From Amoebidium appalachense (Eukaryota; Protista; Ichthyosporea), in assembly GCA_963693365.1 (NCBI GenBank), contig CAVNZM010000001.1, forward strand, positions 4,108,907 to 4,172,906: a stretch of 64,000 nucleotides of DNA, in the 5' to 3' direction. Positions within the stretch are counted from its first letter, which is position 1, and every line of letters starts with the position of its first letter. The notes beneath the pieces were generated by a model. It was not told the DNA's origin. It saw nothing but the letters and a program-made list of their open reading frames with translations, and did not search any database. A program made the position numbers and the translations under genes. This document shows, piece by piece, positions 37,149 to 57,113 of this stretch.

Positions 37149-40100
37149 CAACGACTGTGGCACCAACAAGGTGCTCCTCGACTCTGGAGCCACTGACCAT
37201 GTGTGCCCCCGGCCCGATGTGTTCATCAACATGCGTGCGGCGCCTTACTCCACGGTCCAAGTAGCCGACAAGGGTGCATGTGCAGTGCTTGGGGTGGGCG
37301 ACGTGTTCTTTTCCAGCACCATCGACGGCGTTACTGCGGTGCATCAGCTGACGGATGTACTCTACGTGCCCTCCATCCCCGACACTCTCATCAGTGTGTT
37401 CACGGCAACTACCAACGGTGTTTTACCCCGCTTTGACACCCGCGGCGGCGTTAAGTTGTGCTACGGCGATCAAATTCTGGCCACCGGCTCGGCTGTCGGC
37501 ACCAAGCTGTACCACATGGCGGTGTCTCTTCTGCGCGCGGACACAACCCCGGACGCCCAAACCACCACTGCTCCGCGTATCCTCAAGGTTACTGCCGACC
37601 TCAACACGTGGCACTACCGTCTGGGCCATGCTGGCATTGACGCTGTACGCTCGGTCATCAAGTCTGCAGGCCTGTTGGTGGGTGGCGGTGCCAAGTCTCC
37701 GGGTGTGTGTGAGCCCTGTGCCCTCGGCAAAGCCCACCGTGTTGCCTTCTCCGAATCAACTAGCCAAGCTCCCCGGGTCCTAGCCAAGGTTCACAGCGAC
37801 ATCAGCGGCCCCTTCCCTCCCGCGATCGGTGGTGCTCAGTACTTGGCGACGTTCCACGACGAATTCACCGGCCACACCACGGCCGTGCCCCTCGTCAAGA
37901 AGTCGGACACACTGGCTGCATATGTGACGTACCACAAGGCGGCGGTTACCCAACACGGTGTTCCCATGCAGGTGTTTCAGTCCGACGGGGGGGGCGAGTA
38001 CATGGGCACGGCCTTCGGGGACTACAACCGTGAGCATGGCATTCGCCATCAGATCACTACCACCGGCTCTCCTCAACAGAATGGGACTGCCGAACGACTG
38101 AACCGGACCCTCCTCGACATGGTTCGGGCACTCCTGCAGCAGTCCGGCCTTCCGGTGGGATTCTGGGCCGAGGCAGCTGTGACCGCGGCTTTTATACGCA
38201 ACATGCTCCCGTCGCGAGCCACCGGCAGCCAATCGTCTCCCGCTCTGCTGTGGACCGGCATTCCTCCCGACTACAGCCGGCTCCGTGTCTGGGGCTCTCC
38301 CTGCTACGTCCATCAACAGGATACACCGAAACTGGCGCCTCGTGCCGTCAAGGGCGTCTTCGTGGGCTACCCTCCTAACATCAAGGGCTACAAGGTCTGG
38401 ATTCCAGCAGCACACAAGATGACCGTCAGCCGTGACGTGCAGTTCGACGAGGCTGCTATTCTGCACCCCCTCCGTGATGTCCCATCTGATTGGTCGACCG
38501 CACCGGCAATTCATCATTTTTTGGAGTCATCTGATTCGTCAAATCAGCCAGCCAATCACATCGTCCGGAATGATCAGCAATCTGATTCGTCTCGTCTGTC
38601 AGCCAATGGGACAGCGCCGAGTGATCAATTGGACATTCCGATCCTGCCCGAGCCTGCACATCGGCTCCCCCGGACGACCCGTAGTGGCGCTGTGTACAAC
38701 GACCAACGTCGAGGCCCGACTGCCAACGTGGCTGCTGCTACGGCCCCCCTTGCCCCCCAGGCTACGGCTCCTGCATCAACACCCATCAAGGCTTCCACCA
38801 TTGTTGTCCCCAAGACTGTCCGGGCTGCACTCAAGAGTCCCCAGCGTCTGAAATGGGAGGAGGCTGCACACCGTGAGCTCAAGGCCCTGGAAGACAACGG
38901 CACCTTCACCCTTGTGCCCCGTCCAGAGGATGGCTCCACTGTCATTCCGGTCGGCTGGGTCTTTACGGTCAAGCAGGACAACGTCGGCAACGTCACTGCT
39001 TTCAAGGCCCGGCTTGTGGCCCGGGGCAACTACCAGCAGCCTGGCCAGGACTATTTCGTCACCGAGTCACCTGTGGCTGCGCTGGCTACCATCCGGCTGG
39101 TTTTGGCTACCTCCGTGGCCCAAGGTCTGCCTCTGCGCCACATCGACGTCAACACAGCATTCCTCAACGGCACCGTCAACGAGACCATCTACATTGAGCA
39201 GCCCCCTGGCTTCGTCAACCCCTCGGCCCCCCATGCTGTCGGCTTGCTCCACAAGGCGCTCTACGGCCTAAAACAGGCACCGCGCCAGTGGTATGAGGCC
39301 CTCCGTGACCATCTCCTCGACCAAGGCTTCATTGTGAGTGCTGCTGACCCGTGCCTGTTCATCAAGAATGCCGGGACCCCAACATTTATTGCCCTTGCTG
39401 CCTACGTGGATGACTTCACCGTGACGGCCGCCACTGATGCGCTCATCGACGATTTTTTCACCAAGCTGGATGCTCGTTTCTCTGCCAAGGACCTGGGTCG
39501 TCCTACCCTGCTCATCGGGCACACTCTTACCTGGCTGGAGGACGGGTCTCTGCGTCTGGGCCATCGTCAACACATCATCGACTTGGCTGCCCGTTTTCGT
39601 CTCACCCACATGTCCGGCACCAAGACCCCCATCGTCCCGGGCCAGGCCAGTGAAAGCAACAAGACCCCAGCCTACAGCAAGAAGGAGGACTATGCCAGCC
39701 TGGTCGGTGCCCTGCTGTGGATTGCGCGTACCACCCGCCCCGACATTTCCCAGGCTCTGGGAGTCCTTACTCGACACATTCATGCGCCCACCGTCACCCA
39801 CTGGACTATGGCTACCAGAGTTGTAAGCTACCTGCTGGCCACCATCGACCTGGGTATTGTCTACCGTCCCGGCCCCCCCAACCTTGTTGGCTACTCCGAC
39901 TCCGACTACGCCGAGGACCGCGACACCCGGCGCTCCACCACGGGCTATGTCTTCTTCATAAACTCCTCCCCTGTGTCCTGGGTGTCTCGGCTCCAGTCCA
40001 TCACCACCCACAGCTCCACTGAGGCTGAATTTGTGGCCATGTCTGCTGCTACGAACGAGGCCCTATGGCTCAACTATGTGATGGACGACCTGGGCCTTAA

Positions 40101-40353
40101 TCCTATCAATGAGCCCACCCCGGTGCCCATCCATGGGGACAATGAGTCTGCCCGGGCCCTGCTGGACACCCTGGGGGTTAAGCCCAAGACCAAGCACATC
40201 GACGTCCGCTACTGCTCCGTCAAGGAACATCACCTGCTGGGCAACATCACTGTGGTCCCGGTGGCTTCTGCTGACAACAAGGCCGACATGTTCACCAAGG
40301 CCCTGTCTGCCTCTTTCTTCACCAAGGCCGTGGGGATGCTCAACATGTGCTGA
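36934..40353 (+). CDS. pol: Copia Pol (protease, integrase, reverse transcriptase, RNase H)
   Basis: PR: LLDSGATDHVC. IN zinc finger: WHYRLGH...CEPCALGK. DDE: VHSDISG, QSDGGGE, NGTAERLN. RT: HIDVNTAFLNG, LYGLKQAPRQW, YVDDF. RH: GYSDSDYA, SSTEAEF, GDNESA, TKHIDVRY, ADMFTKAL. The ORF is open to TGA 40353 and is in the +1 frame relative to gag; the true entry point is probably near 37110-37145. Confidence 0.97.
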   Translation: MPAPTPRVPASTTHCLPVTLPPCARGATVPTAANLRVVPSCLGPASTTLPLLPTLRHSARGAAAPRAFLMSSNDCGTNKVLLDSGATDHVCPRPDVFINMRAAPYSTVQVADKGACAVLGVGDVFFSSTIDGVTAVHQLTDVLYVPSIPDTLISVFTATTNGVLPRFDTRGGVKLCYGDQILATGSAVGTKLYHMAVSLLRADTTPDAQTTTAPRILKVTADLNTWHYRLGHAGIDAVRSVIKSAGLLVGGGAKSPGVCEPCALGKAHRVAFSESTSQAPRVLAKVHSDISGPFPPAIGGAQYLATFHDEFTGHTTAVPLVKKSDTLAAYVTYHKAAVTQHGVPMQVFQSDGGGEYMGTAFGDYNREHGIRHQITTTGSPQQNGTAERLNRTLLDMVRALLQQSGLPVGFWAEAAVTAAFIRNMLPSRATGSQSSPALLWTGIPPDYSRLRVWGSPCYVHQQDTPKLAPRAVKGVFVGYPPNIKGYKVWIPAAHKMTVSRDVQFDEAAILHPLRDVPSDWSTAPAIHHFLESSDSSNQPANHIVRNDQQSDSSRLSANGTAPSDQLDIPILPEPAHRLPRTTRSGAVYNDQRRGPTANVAAATAPLAPQATAPASTPIKASTIVVPKTVRAALKSPQRLKWEEAAHRELKALEDNGTFTLVPRPEDGSTVIPVGWVFTVKQDNVGNVTAFKARLVARGNYQQPGQDYFVTESPVAALATIRLVLATSVAQGLPLRHIDVNTAFLNGTVNETIYIEQPPGFVNPSAPHAVGLLHKALYGLKQAPRQWYEALRDHLLDQGFIVSAADPCLFIKNAGTPTFIALAAYVDDFTVTAATDALIDDFFTKLDARFSAKDLGRPTLLIGHTLTWLEDGSLRLGHRQHIIDLAARFRLTHMSGTKTPIVPGQASESNKTPAYSKKEDYASLVGALLWIARTTRPDISQALGVLTRHIHAPTVTHWTMATRVVSYLLATIDLGIVYRPGPPNLVGYSDSDYAEDRDTRRSTTGYVFFINSSPVSWVSRLQSITTHSSTEAEFVAMSAATNEALWLNYVMDDLGLNPINEPTPVPIHGDNESARALLDTLGVKPKTKHIDVRYCSVKEHHLLGNITVVPVASADNKADMFTKALSASFFTKAVGMLNMC

Positions 40354-40530
40354 GCACCCGTCATCAACCAACTGCGCCCTCATACTTCAGGGGGGGGGAG
40401 AGAGTTGCATCCGACTGTGCAACTACGTGTACCATACTAAAATTGAGTAGGGGAATCTTTATTGTCTGTATTTTGTGCACCTGAAGCACTCGAGCTCAGT
40501 TGCATTAATTCATACCACAATTATCCAATT

Positions 40531-40539
40531 GAGTAGGGG
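40531..40539 (+). promoter_or_regulatory. Polypurine tract
   Basis: GAGTAGGGG directly abuts the TG of the 3' LTR. Confidence 0.75.
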
Positions 40540-41304
40540 TGTTGGAGTACACTGGTACTCCCGGCTAGCAATGTCTGTTAGAGAAAGTTTCTGAGCAATT
40601 GAATAACTGTTTCAACACTCACTCGAGTGCATAGAGCTTTTGTTTACGGTCATATTCATATATGGTAGTTATATGTTTGAGCCAAAACTGTACCAATGAC
40701 GAGCTTCACTAGCAACGTGCTAATTGTGCTCATTAATTAATATTCCCGGTTCAGATGATGTCATGTCTATATTTGCCACAGGATTCTATTCTTAGAGTGG
40801 TAGTGTGCTTTATTCCCGGATATTCTCAGAATATTTTTAGTTGTGTGAAGCAAGATTTACGTTTAACTGCAATTGGTGTGTTAAACACGTTTATTTGTGT
40901 GCTTTAGTGCAAGTTAACTAGCCACTCAACGTGCACAGTTAACTTTTATATCTTTAACGACTTGTTTTCATTGTGCTCTCTTTTCGGCCATGCTGTACAT
41001 GGCCCACCACCAGGGTGCACACGAGGCCACCATGAGGTGGCCAACGACTATATAAAGCAGTGCCTCCCATGTCACAAACATGGGAAGCAGAACGTTTGAT
41101 TTACACTTTTCTACTGTCGTTTCCAGTGCACAAAACACATAGACTAGTTACCCATCATACACGACACTATGTCTGACAACTTACAGTTGCAGCAACTAGT
41201 CCAACTACTGGAGCAGAGGTTGGCCTCACAAGATGCAATCATTTCTGACTTACAGAAGGAACAACGTGCACTAGAACTAGCTTCTATGAACACAATGTCC
41301 AACA
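40540..41304 (+). repeat. 3' LTR
   Basis: Copy of 35428-36192, followed by the TSD GGGAT. Confidence 0.97.
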
Positions 41305-42519
41305 GGGATAGGGGATGGCCGCTGCGGGCAGGAAGAAAAGATAGGGAAGTTGGGAATGGGGATATGCCTTCGCAAAGCACGTGTGCTCTGTCATTTCATT
41401 GCGCAATTTCCTTTCGATGTGGTGGTAGCGGGAAAGAACGAGGGTGGGAGGTGGGTGGGTCAATCTGGTTTGTTGTTCTACTAGGGCCTGCCTGTGTGTG
41501 TATGTCCATTTCCCTGAGGAGTGGTCGAGAATTCAGTTTTTCTGCAACCGAAAGATATAGTACTCGTGCATCACACACGCAAGCACGTGCGCCCTTGCGC
41601 ACACACGCACACGCAACGTGCACGCGCACGCACATGCGCACGCACACGCGCGCACGCGCACAACACAGATACACAGGTGAATCGGGGTTGTGTTTTCTTT
41701 TTTATAGTAATAAAGAGATAGTAATTACATTGTACAGGTGGGCTTGTATGCTTGTGTGTGTGTATTTAGGGCCCGCCGCGGGATATCTATGTGCTGGGGA
41801 GAGGCTGGTTAGAAAGGTTGGGGAAGGATAGGAGGTGTGTGTGTGTGAGGGTGTTGGTGGGGGGGGGGGGGGAGGGGGGGGGGGGGGGGGGTAGGGCTGA
41901 CAATGAGAAAGGAGTGAGATAGCAGGTTTGGAGAGGGCGCGAACACAATATAACTTGGCGCCGAAACTCACACGCACACGCGCCTGCACACACACAAGCA
42001 CACAAACGCCATGTAGCACGCACTGTGACACAAACACATGCACTTTATGCACAACTCTAATGCACACACACTCAGGTGTCTGTACACATGCGGCACGCAG
42101 CATTGAACGCACACCCACACCCTGCATGTCTGTCACTGTAGTGCCTGGGTTCACCGCAACTTGCACCGATTGAACACCTACAAAAACTCCCAATCTTCGC
42201 ACACACACGTGCGTGCTTGTATGCACATTGCGCTTACAGCCACACAGCAGTCACAAAATTTCCGGGGGGATCGTATACAAAAAAGTGTACTTTACATAGG
42301 CACAACCTTGTGTGCAACTTCTCATCGTCTTGCTTGGTACGATTACAGTTTTTCGATCACGTCTACAACTGCAAATCGAAATGCCCAAAGATGTCTTTAA
42401 TGTAGCTCCCGGCTACACCTCTACATGCACGTGAATTTTGCACACAGGAGTAATATACATCTATGGCATATTACATTCCACACAAACAATGGGGAAGCCT
42501 CACTGGGCAGCAAAATAAA

Positions 42520-43042
42520 TCAGGCGCAGTAGTGAAGTTCCTCGTCAAATTTCAGGCCGTGGGGGCAGCTGAGTTTGCGTGCGCCCTGGTTGCCGCACAC
42601 ATAGTACTTGTGGGAGTTGCTGGGGTCGGGGTAGGCGTTGTAGGAGCGCTTGGCCCAGTCCTTGGGGCAGGGGTGCATGTGCCCGTGGTGGACTCGGTTC
42701 CAGGCACACTGGCGGGCCTGTGGGAGAAAAGTGGATGAAAAGAGGGGGAAGTTGGGAGAGGGGGGGAAGATGTGGAATACAGATTTACTGCACAACAAAA
42801 ATGTTTACTTGGCAGCCACAGTCACGGACTCCAAATTGCAATCCCTGCCGCATTTGAGCACGGAAGGATTCCAACGGGGCCGTACACACGCTTGTAAGAG
42901 CATGTTAGTCCCTCAGAATTGCAAAACATCCCTTTTTAAAGCATCTTTATTTTTGATCTTTTGGGGATCTTTTGGAATCCGCTGTTTTAAATTATTTCTT
43001 TTAATTTTTGGAAGGAATCTGTGGGGGAAGAAAGGGGGGAGG

Positions 43043-43090
<48 letters not shown>

Positions 43091-43171
43091 GGAGCAGGGG
43101 CGGAGCAATGCATGATATTTGCACTACAGGTTCTATTGTGTGTGTGCGTATGTGCGTGCATGTGCCGTGTG

Positions 43172-43228
<57 letters not shown>

Positions 43229-43571
43229 GGGAAGGAGGGAAAAAAGGAGGGGAGAGGCGGGGGGAGGGCCGGGGGGGAAGGGGGGAGAGGTTTTTTTTTT
43301 TTTTTTTTTTTTTTTTTGGGGGGGGGGGGGGGGGGATGGGGGGGTTAGAAGAAGGGGGTCCTTTTACCTTTGGGTCAAAGTGCTGGTTGGGGGCGCACTC
43401 GTAGATGCGGCTGGAGGTGCCGTGGCCGCAGACCACATACTTGGTGGGCTGGCCGGGAATGGGGAACGCGGGGTTGCCGGTCTTCTCCCAGTCCCGCGGG
43501 CAGTACATCTTGGGGTTGGTCCACGCAAGCCCGGCCCCGACCAGCGTCGACAGAACAACGAGGAAGTACAT
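42520..43571 (-). CDS. Secreted double CBM14-like protein, copy 2
   Basis: Exons 43368-43571 and 42520-42717 (GT-AG, phase 0, TGA). The exon 1 peptide is identical to copy 1. Exon 2 is ARQCAWNRVHHGHMHPCPKDWAKRSYNAYPDPSNSHKYYVCGNQGARKLSCPHGLKFDEELHYCA. Confidence 0.85.
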
Positions 43572-44109
43572 GGTTGTGGGTAGGAAAGCCGGTGCTTTTG
43601 GGAGAGTTTTTCGATTTGCAGATGTGTCGAGTAACTAAGGAAGTGGGGGCTGTGAGGATACATTTGTCAGGTGAGTGTATTTATATTCTAGAGTAGGTTG
43701 ACATGAGGGTGCGTGAGAAAATGGATATGCTATTCATATAACACACTGTCAGATAGTAATGATCAGGAGTAAATACAATGCCCACCAATAAGTGTGAAGG
43801 TGTGTAACTGCTAGCACGACCTCAATCTACTACTCGGACAGTGCAGCAATGACCATGCACAATTAGCAAGGCATACGTGCCATAATATAGCACGGTACTC
43901 TGCATGGCCATCTCATACTAATAGGAATGCACTGTGTGCATGAGGCAGGCCGGGGTCAGACAACCTCTGGAATCATTGTCTGGTCCGACAATTGCTTTGC
44001 GAACTTTTAAGGCGTACAAACGAGGTCAACTTGAACGTAGGTAAAGCATAACGGGTCGATGGCCATTAGCAAACGAACATGCCAGTGAAGAAACAGTCGT
44101 CCCTCAGCC

Positions 44110-44144
<35 letters not shown>

Positions 44145-44281
44145 CTCCCGATCTCCCTTCCTCGAGATAATCCCCCTCCAACCCCAAACCCCAAACCCCC
44201 CCCCCTCCGGCCCCCGCCCCACTCTCCACCTCTTGCCTCCCTCGAGCCACAGGTTTCTGCCCCCTCCCCCCCCCCTCCCCC

Positions 44282-44325
<44 letters not shown>

Positions 44326-45006
44326 CCCCGCCCCCCTCTGCCCCTTCGACCCCCTCTCTCCCTCTGAAAACCCGGCGGCCCCTCTTTCTCGCGTCATTTC
44401 ATCCCACGGCCATGCTTGGTGTCTTGGGAAAAAATGTTCAGGGTCTAAACATTACCTTTTGACATAGGTGAAATACCATGATTTTACTTGCATGTGGTGC
44501 TGTCTCGGCCAGGTGCAAGAGCCAGGGGACCATTAACCTTACTGATACGTATATACTATACTACGATTATATACGCCCATATTTTGGATGAGGTATGATT
44601 TTTGGGCACAGTCTGTTTGGCTGCTGTCAGTTAAAGTCCGGACGTTAACGTTGAATATGAGCTGGCTCCAAAGGCCAGAGTCTGCAGTATGTGACCTGAA
44701 CTCCCTATTCGATATTGAGATACTAATGTAAGTGCCTTTGTGGAGGCATCTTTCACACATCATTGCCAGATATATAGTTCATTTCACTGTGTCAAAAATT
44801 GTGTCATCTGATAGCACACTCTACGCTTCTGTCATCTTCCCATTTTCTCATACACTCAAGACGTTATCGTCAGTCAACCTACTCCAGAGTTTAAATACAA
44901 TCACACCTGCAAAATGTATCCCCACAGCCCCCATTTCCATAGATACTCGACACATCTGCAAGTCGAAAAACTCTCCCAAAAGCACCCGGCTTTCCTACCC
45001 AACACC

Positions 45007-45225
45007 ATGTACTTCCTCGTTGTTCTGTCGACGCTGGTCGGGGCCGGGCTTGCGTGGACCAACCCCAAGATGCACTGCCCGCGGGACTGGGAAAAGACCG
45101 GCAACCCCGCGTTCCCCATCCCCGGCCAGCCCACCAAGTATGTGGTCTGCGGCCACGGCACCTCCAGCCGCATCTACGAGTGCGCCCCCAACCAGCACTT
45201 CGACCCCAAGGTACGAGAATCCCTC

Positions 45226-45271
<46 letters not shown>

Positions 45272-45734
45272 ACCCACCCACCCACCCACCCACCCACCCA
45301 CCCACCCACCCACCCACCCACCCACACACATACACGGATACTTGTACAGCCGGTGTACATGTTGCAGTCTAGTACACCATCTCGTGGACACTTTCTATCT
45401 ACACCAACCGGCAGAAGTCAACCTCCCTCCCTCCCTTCCCTCCCCCCACCCCCCCCCCCCCCCCCCCCAACCCCCCCTCCTCCACACACACACTGGGTGA
45501 CCCCCACCCCATCCCATCCCCACATTTTTCTCCAAAAAAGGAATGGTCAAAGAAGAGGGCTAGCACGTGCTTTTCAATCAAGGAATTTCTGATCAAGAAT
45601 ATGATTTATTTAGTTACAGAAAGCAAGAGGGAAAAAAACTTCATCTGTTTCCGTTTTGAATGAACGAACCTGTAATCATTACAGTGCGAATTTGCGTAGC
45701 AAGCCTTTTCACTGTGCGGTTTGTCCTCCCCTGT

Positions 45735-45769
<35 letters not shown>

Positions 45770-46211
45770 TTCCCCTCCCCCCCCCTCCCCCCCCCCCCAT
45801 GCCTTCTTACAACATGCACCCTCACCCTGATCACGGTGCACCCGCAACCTCACCCTCACCCTCATTCTCCGAGTGGCACCCTCACTCGTGATCACCCCTG
45901 CCCCGGCCCCTGCACGCTCTCCTGCCCCCACCCCCACCCTCTCCCTCCACCCCAATGGCACCCGCTTCTCTTTTTGAACTAAACCATTCCTTTCATTCAC
46001 TTTTCTCCCACAGGCCCGCCAGTGTGCCTGGGACCGAGTCCAACACGGGCACATGCACCCCTGCCCCAAGGACTGGGCCAAGCGCTCCTACAACGCCTAC
46101 CCCGACCCCAGCAACTCCCACAAGTACTATGTGTGCGGCAACCAGGGCGCACGCAAACTCAGCTGCCCCCACGGCCTGAAATTTGACGAGGAACTTCACT
46201 ACTGCGCCTGA
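45007..46211 (+). CDS. Secreted double CBM14-like protein, copy 3
   Basis: Exons 45007-45210 and 46014-46211 (GT-AG, phase 0, TGA). Head-to-head with copy 2 and nearly identical to it in coding sequence. Confidence 0.85.
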
Positions 46212-47261
46212 TTTATTTTGCTGCCCAATGAGGCTGCCCCACCGCTAGCGTGGAATATGTATGCCATATTGTATATGTATACTATGTATAGTTCGGTACA
46301 TTTTCAAAGGTCCAGCTGTGATTGGTGGGAGCATGCGAGAGGCACAGCACACATTATTGGTATTTTGATCCGCAGTTGTATGGAACAAATTCAGCTGTAA
46401 ATATTGCCCAAAGCAACATACCGACAAGTGCCGGTGCGGTGTGAAACTTTCACACTTGGGTGAATCTCAAATAAATACCCAACCCCGAACAATGCCTGTG
46501 TTACATGTGCTTTGCCCCCGGGTCCACTTCTGTGGTAGCACTGTTAAACGGTTTTGGTCCAATCCAATGCGCTACATGCGATCGACCAGGAGAGGGCGTG
46601 TCGGTGATTGCCATTCCTCTTTGTAGATTGGATACAGTAGTATGTGCAACGATGCGAAGCCATTGTCTGTGTGTGTGAGGGAGAGTGCGCGCGGCATACA
46701 TGCATGGTGCATGTTCCAGGCTCATTATACGTGCCCAGGTGCCTGTGTGTAAATGTGCGCACGGGCATGCGTGCCCATGTGCTTGTGTATGTGTGTGTGG
46801 TTTGCCGGCTTTGAGCATATGCCAGCACAAACCATTCTTCTCATCCATAGATCTGTTTTCACAGGGACTACTATGGCAGTTCTCGATTGTACCGACTCGT
46901 ATGCATGTGATCGTTAATGCCTAAAAAAGGAAATATATAGTTAGAGGCAATACCGATTATTGTGTTATATCCAGCACACCGTTGGTAACAAGTCTCATAA
47001 TAAGCGAATATTGTAGTTGCCTTCAGCCTGTTTGGTCCTAAACAGGGCGATTGGTCGTCCCGGGGGGGGGGGGGGGGGGGGGGGGGGGGCTGCTTTCCTT
47101 ATTTACATCATTCGCTGGAATGATCCATTCAAGAAGTGGCTCTTGCCCGCAGGATAAATCAACATAAAAGCATGGGCCCGCACCCAGGAGGGGGGGGGGG
47201 GGTGGCGACGTTATTGCTCCGTGGATGATTGCGAGGGTATATTAAAATTTACACTTGACCC

Positions 47262-47293
47262 CACGGCCATCTAGGTGTTTCTAGATGGCCGTG
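47262..47293. mobile_element. 32-bp TIR-only element with 8-bp target duplication
   Basis: CTTGACCC|CACGGCCATCTAG-gtgttt-CTAGATGGCCGTG|CTTGACCC: a perfect 13-bp inverted repeat bounded by a perfect 8-bp direct repeat. Confidence 0.7.
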
Positions 47294-47763
47294 CTTGACC
47301 CATTTTATTTTCTTGCCATCATGCAGCTTTCTTATCCGGAAACAACCATTTTCGTCTGTTTGCCGAACTAGATGGCTGCCACATAAGCGCGCCAAAATAA
47401 TGTTACATTTTCGGGCCAAAAGAACAAAAAAACTGGAAATAAAAAATTATGGCCATCAAACACAAAATGCCAACGTATACCAAACAAAAGCAGAAGAGAG
47501 AGAGAGAAAAAATATAAACCTCAGGAAATACAACATCACATACATGCCGAAACAGGTCCCTCGACAGAATAGCAATTATGACGTGCCGAAAATGGAAATA
47601 TAAGATTCCGGCACAAGAAAGTCCCAAATCGTTAAAAAATATGACTGCGCAGTTTAGGCACTTGAGAGAAGAAAGGTGAGGAAAGGGTGGGAGACCGAGG
47701 CAGAATATGTGTTCTTCTTTTTTTTTTTGGATGGGGCATCATGGGGGCAAGGGAGGAAGAGAG

Positions 47764-47794
<31 letters not shown>

Positions 47795-47954
47795 TAAGGT
47801 GCCTGAGAGAGAAACTAGGCCCTCCATCCCTTCCCCCCTGCCACCGCTCTAACTGGACCCAAGCAACCTTCAAAAGAATACCGTATCTACAGCAAGTACG
47901 GTAAAAGATGACAAACCCAATATTTTCACACGCTGAACACTGATGGAGCCACTG

Positions 47955-55851
<7,897 letters not shown>

Positions 55852-56470
55852 CTTGGGTAATTATGACACGACACCTAACTGTAGGCTTGTCGAAGTTTTC
55901 ATGGGGATAAGGGACAAGGGAAGCTGGAGTTGGTTCCAACTATAGAGAATGATGTAGTTGGCCGTAGAAGAGTTGCAAAACTCAAGCAAAGAGGGAGTGA
56001 GCAAATTAACTTGCACTAGCGAGATCCAGAGAGACTGGTTTATAGGCAATGCGTGAATAAAGAGTAGTGCCTGTTGTTCCTACGTAACTCTTACACGACT
56101 TGATGGCAAGTGTCCGACGTGGCACTAAAGCCTAGGCATGACAGAAGTGTACAGAGCAAGAGACTGAAGCAAGACTCCGCACAACTTGCACCGTTGAAGT
56201 TAACCTTGGAATGAATAGATTACTACTAAATAGAGAACGACCGTGATCAACCCCTGATCATTCTCCAATCATGTGTACCTGAGGCTGAGGTATACACGAC
56301 CCAGACTTATGCATATGTATGTATTTATTCTTTTTTTTTTAGCACAAGTGAGCATCATATGCAAGAAAGTATTAAGTTATATTGTTGGTTGTCACTCTTA
56401 TCGTATGTAGCTATATCTAAATACATACAGACGGTCTATAGTAATGCCTGAAACAGGAAGGGACTGACGA

Positions 56471-56597
56471 AGGGCCCAACCGTTGGCACGAGCCGGCTGA
56501 GTCACCAAGCAGAACTAATCTGCAAAAAGCAGAATTATAATGAAAAAGGCAGAATTATTCTGCTAAAAGCAGATTTATTCTGCAAGAGCAATTCATT

Positions 56598-56643
<46 letters not shown>

Positions 56644-56826
56644 AGCGTAAACCCCTCCAATTATTCTGCCAAAATTTTAAAGCAGAATTATTCTTAAAGG
56701 CGAAGTAATTTTGCTAAAAGCGGAGTGATCCTGCTTTTGTTGAACGATTCTGCTTTTTGTAGAATAATTCCGTTTTTGCCGAATAACTGTGCTTTTTGCA
56801 TTGACTCTGCCGATCATGTTGGGACG
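56471..56826. mobile_element. Foldback-like TIR element, degenerate copy 3
   Basis: agggcccaacc...ggctgagtca start, gcagaattattctgc units, an internal poly-C tract, and a degenerate right end ttgactctgccgatcatgttggg. Confidence 0.7.
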
Positions 56827-56987
56827 CCAACGATATCAAAGCCTACGCAGAAGACTTGATTTTTCAAGTTTTTTTTTTGTTTATCTATTTATTTATTATT
56901 ATTATTTAATGAAAGCTATATATCTGTTTAATTATTTCCGTTTTTTTTGGTTTGTGTGTGTGTGACACTGTGTGTGACGGTGTGACT

Positions 56988-57113
<126 letters not shown>

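Larger units (their letters stand above)
35428..41304 (+). mobile_element. Full-length Ty1/copia LTR retrotransposon
   Basis: Two 765-bp LTRs (35428-36192, 40540-41304) with TGTTGGA...TCCAACA ends and a 5-bp TSD GGGAT (35423-35427, 41305-41309). PBS, PPT, gag and pol are present, with the copia domain order PR-IN-RT-RH. Confidence 0.98.

Noticed and set aside
37096-40450. Antisense and alternate-frame ORFs within pol
   Set aside because: Expected shadows of a GC-rich coding region, with no recognisable motifs.
41169-41831. 220-aa ORF as an independent gene
   Set aside because: It is the gag start in the 3' LTR reading into low-complexity flank.
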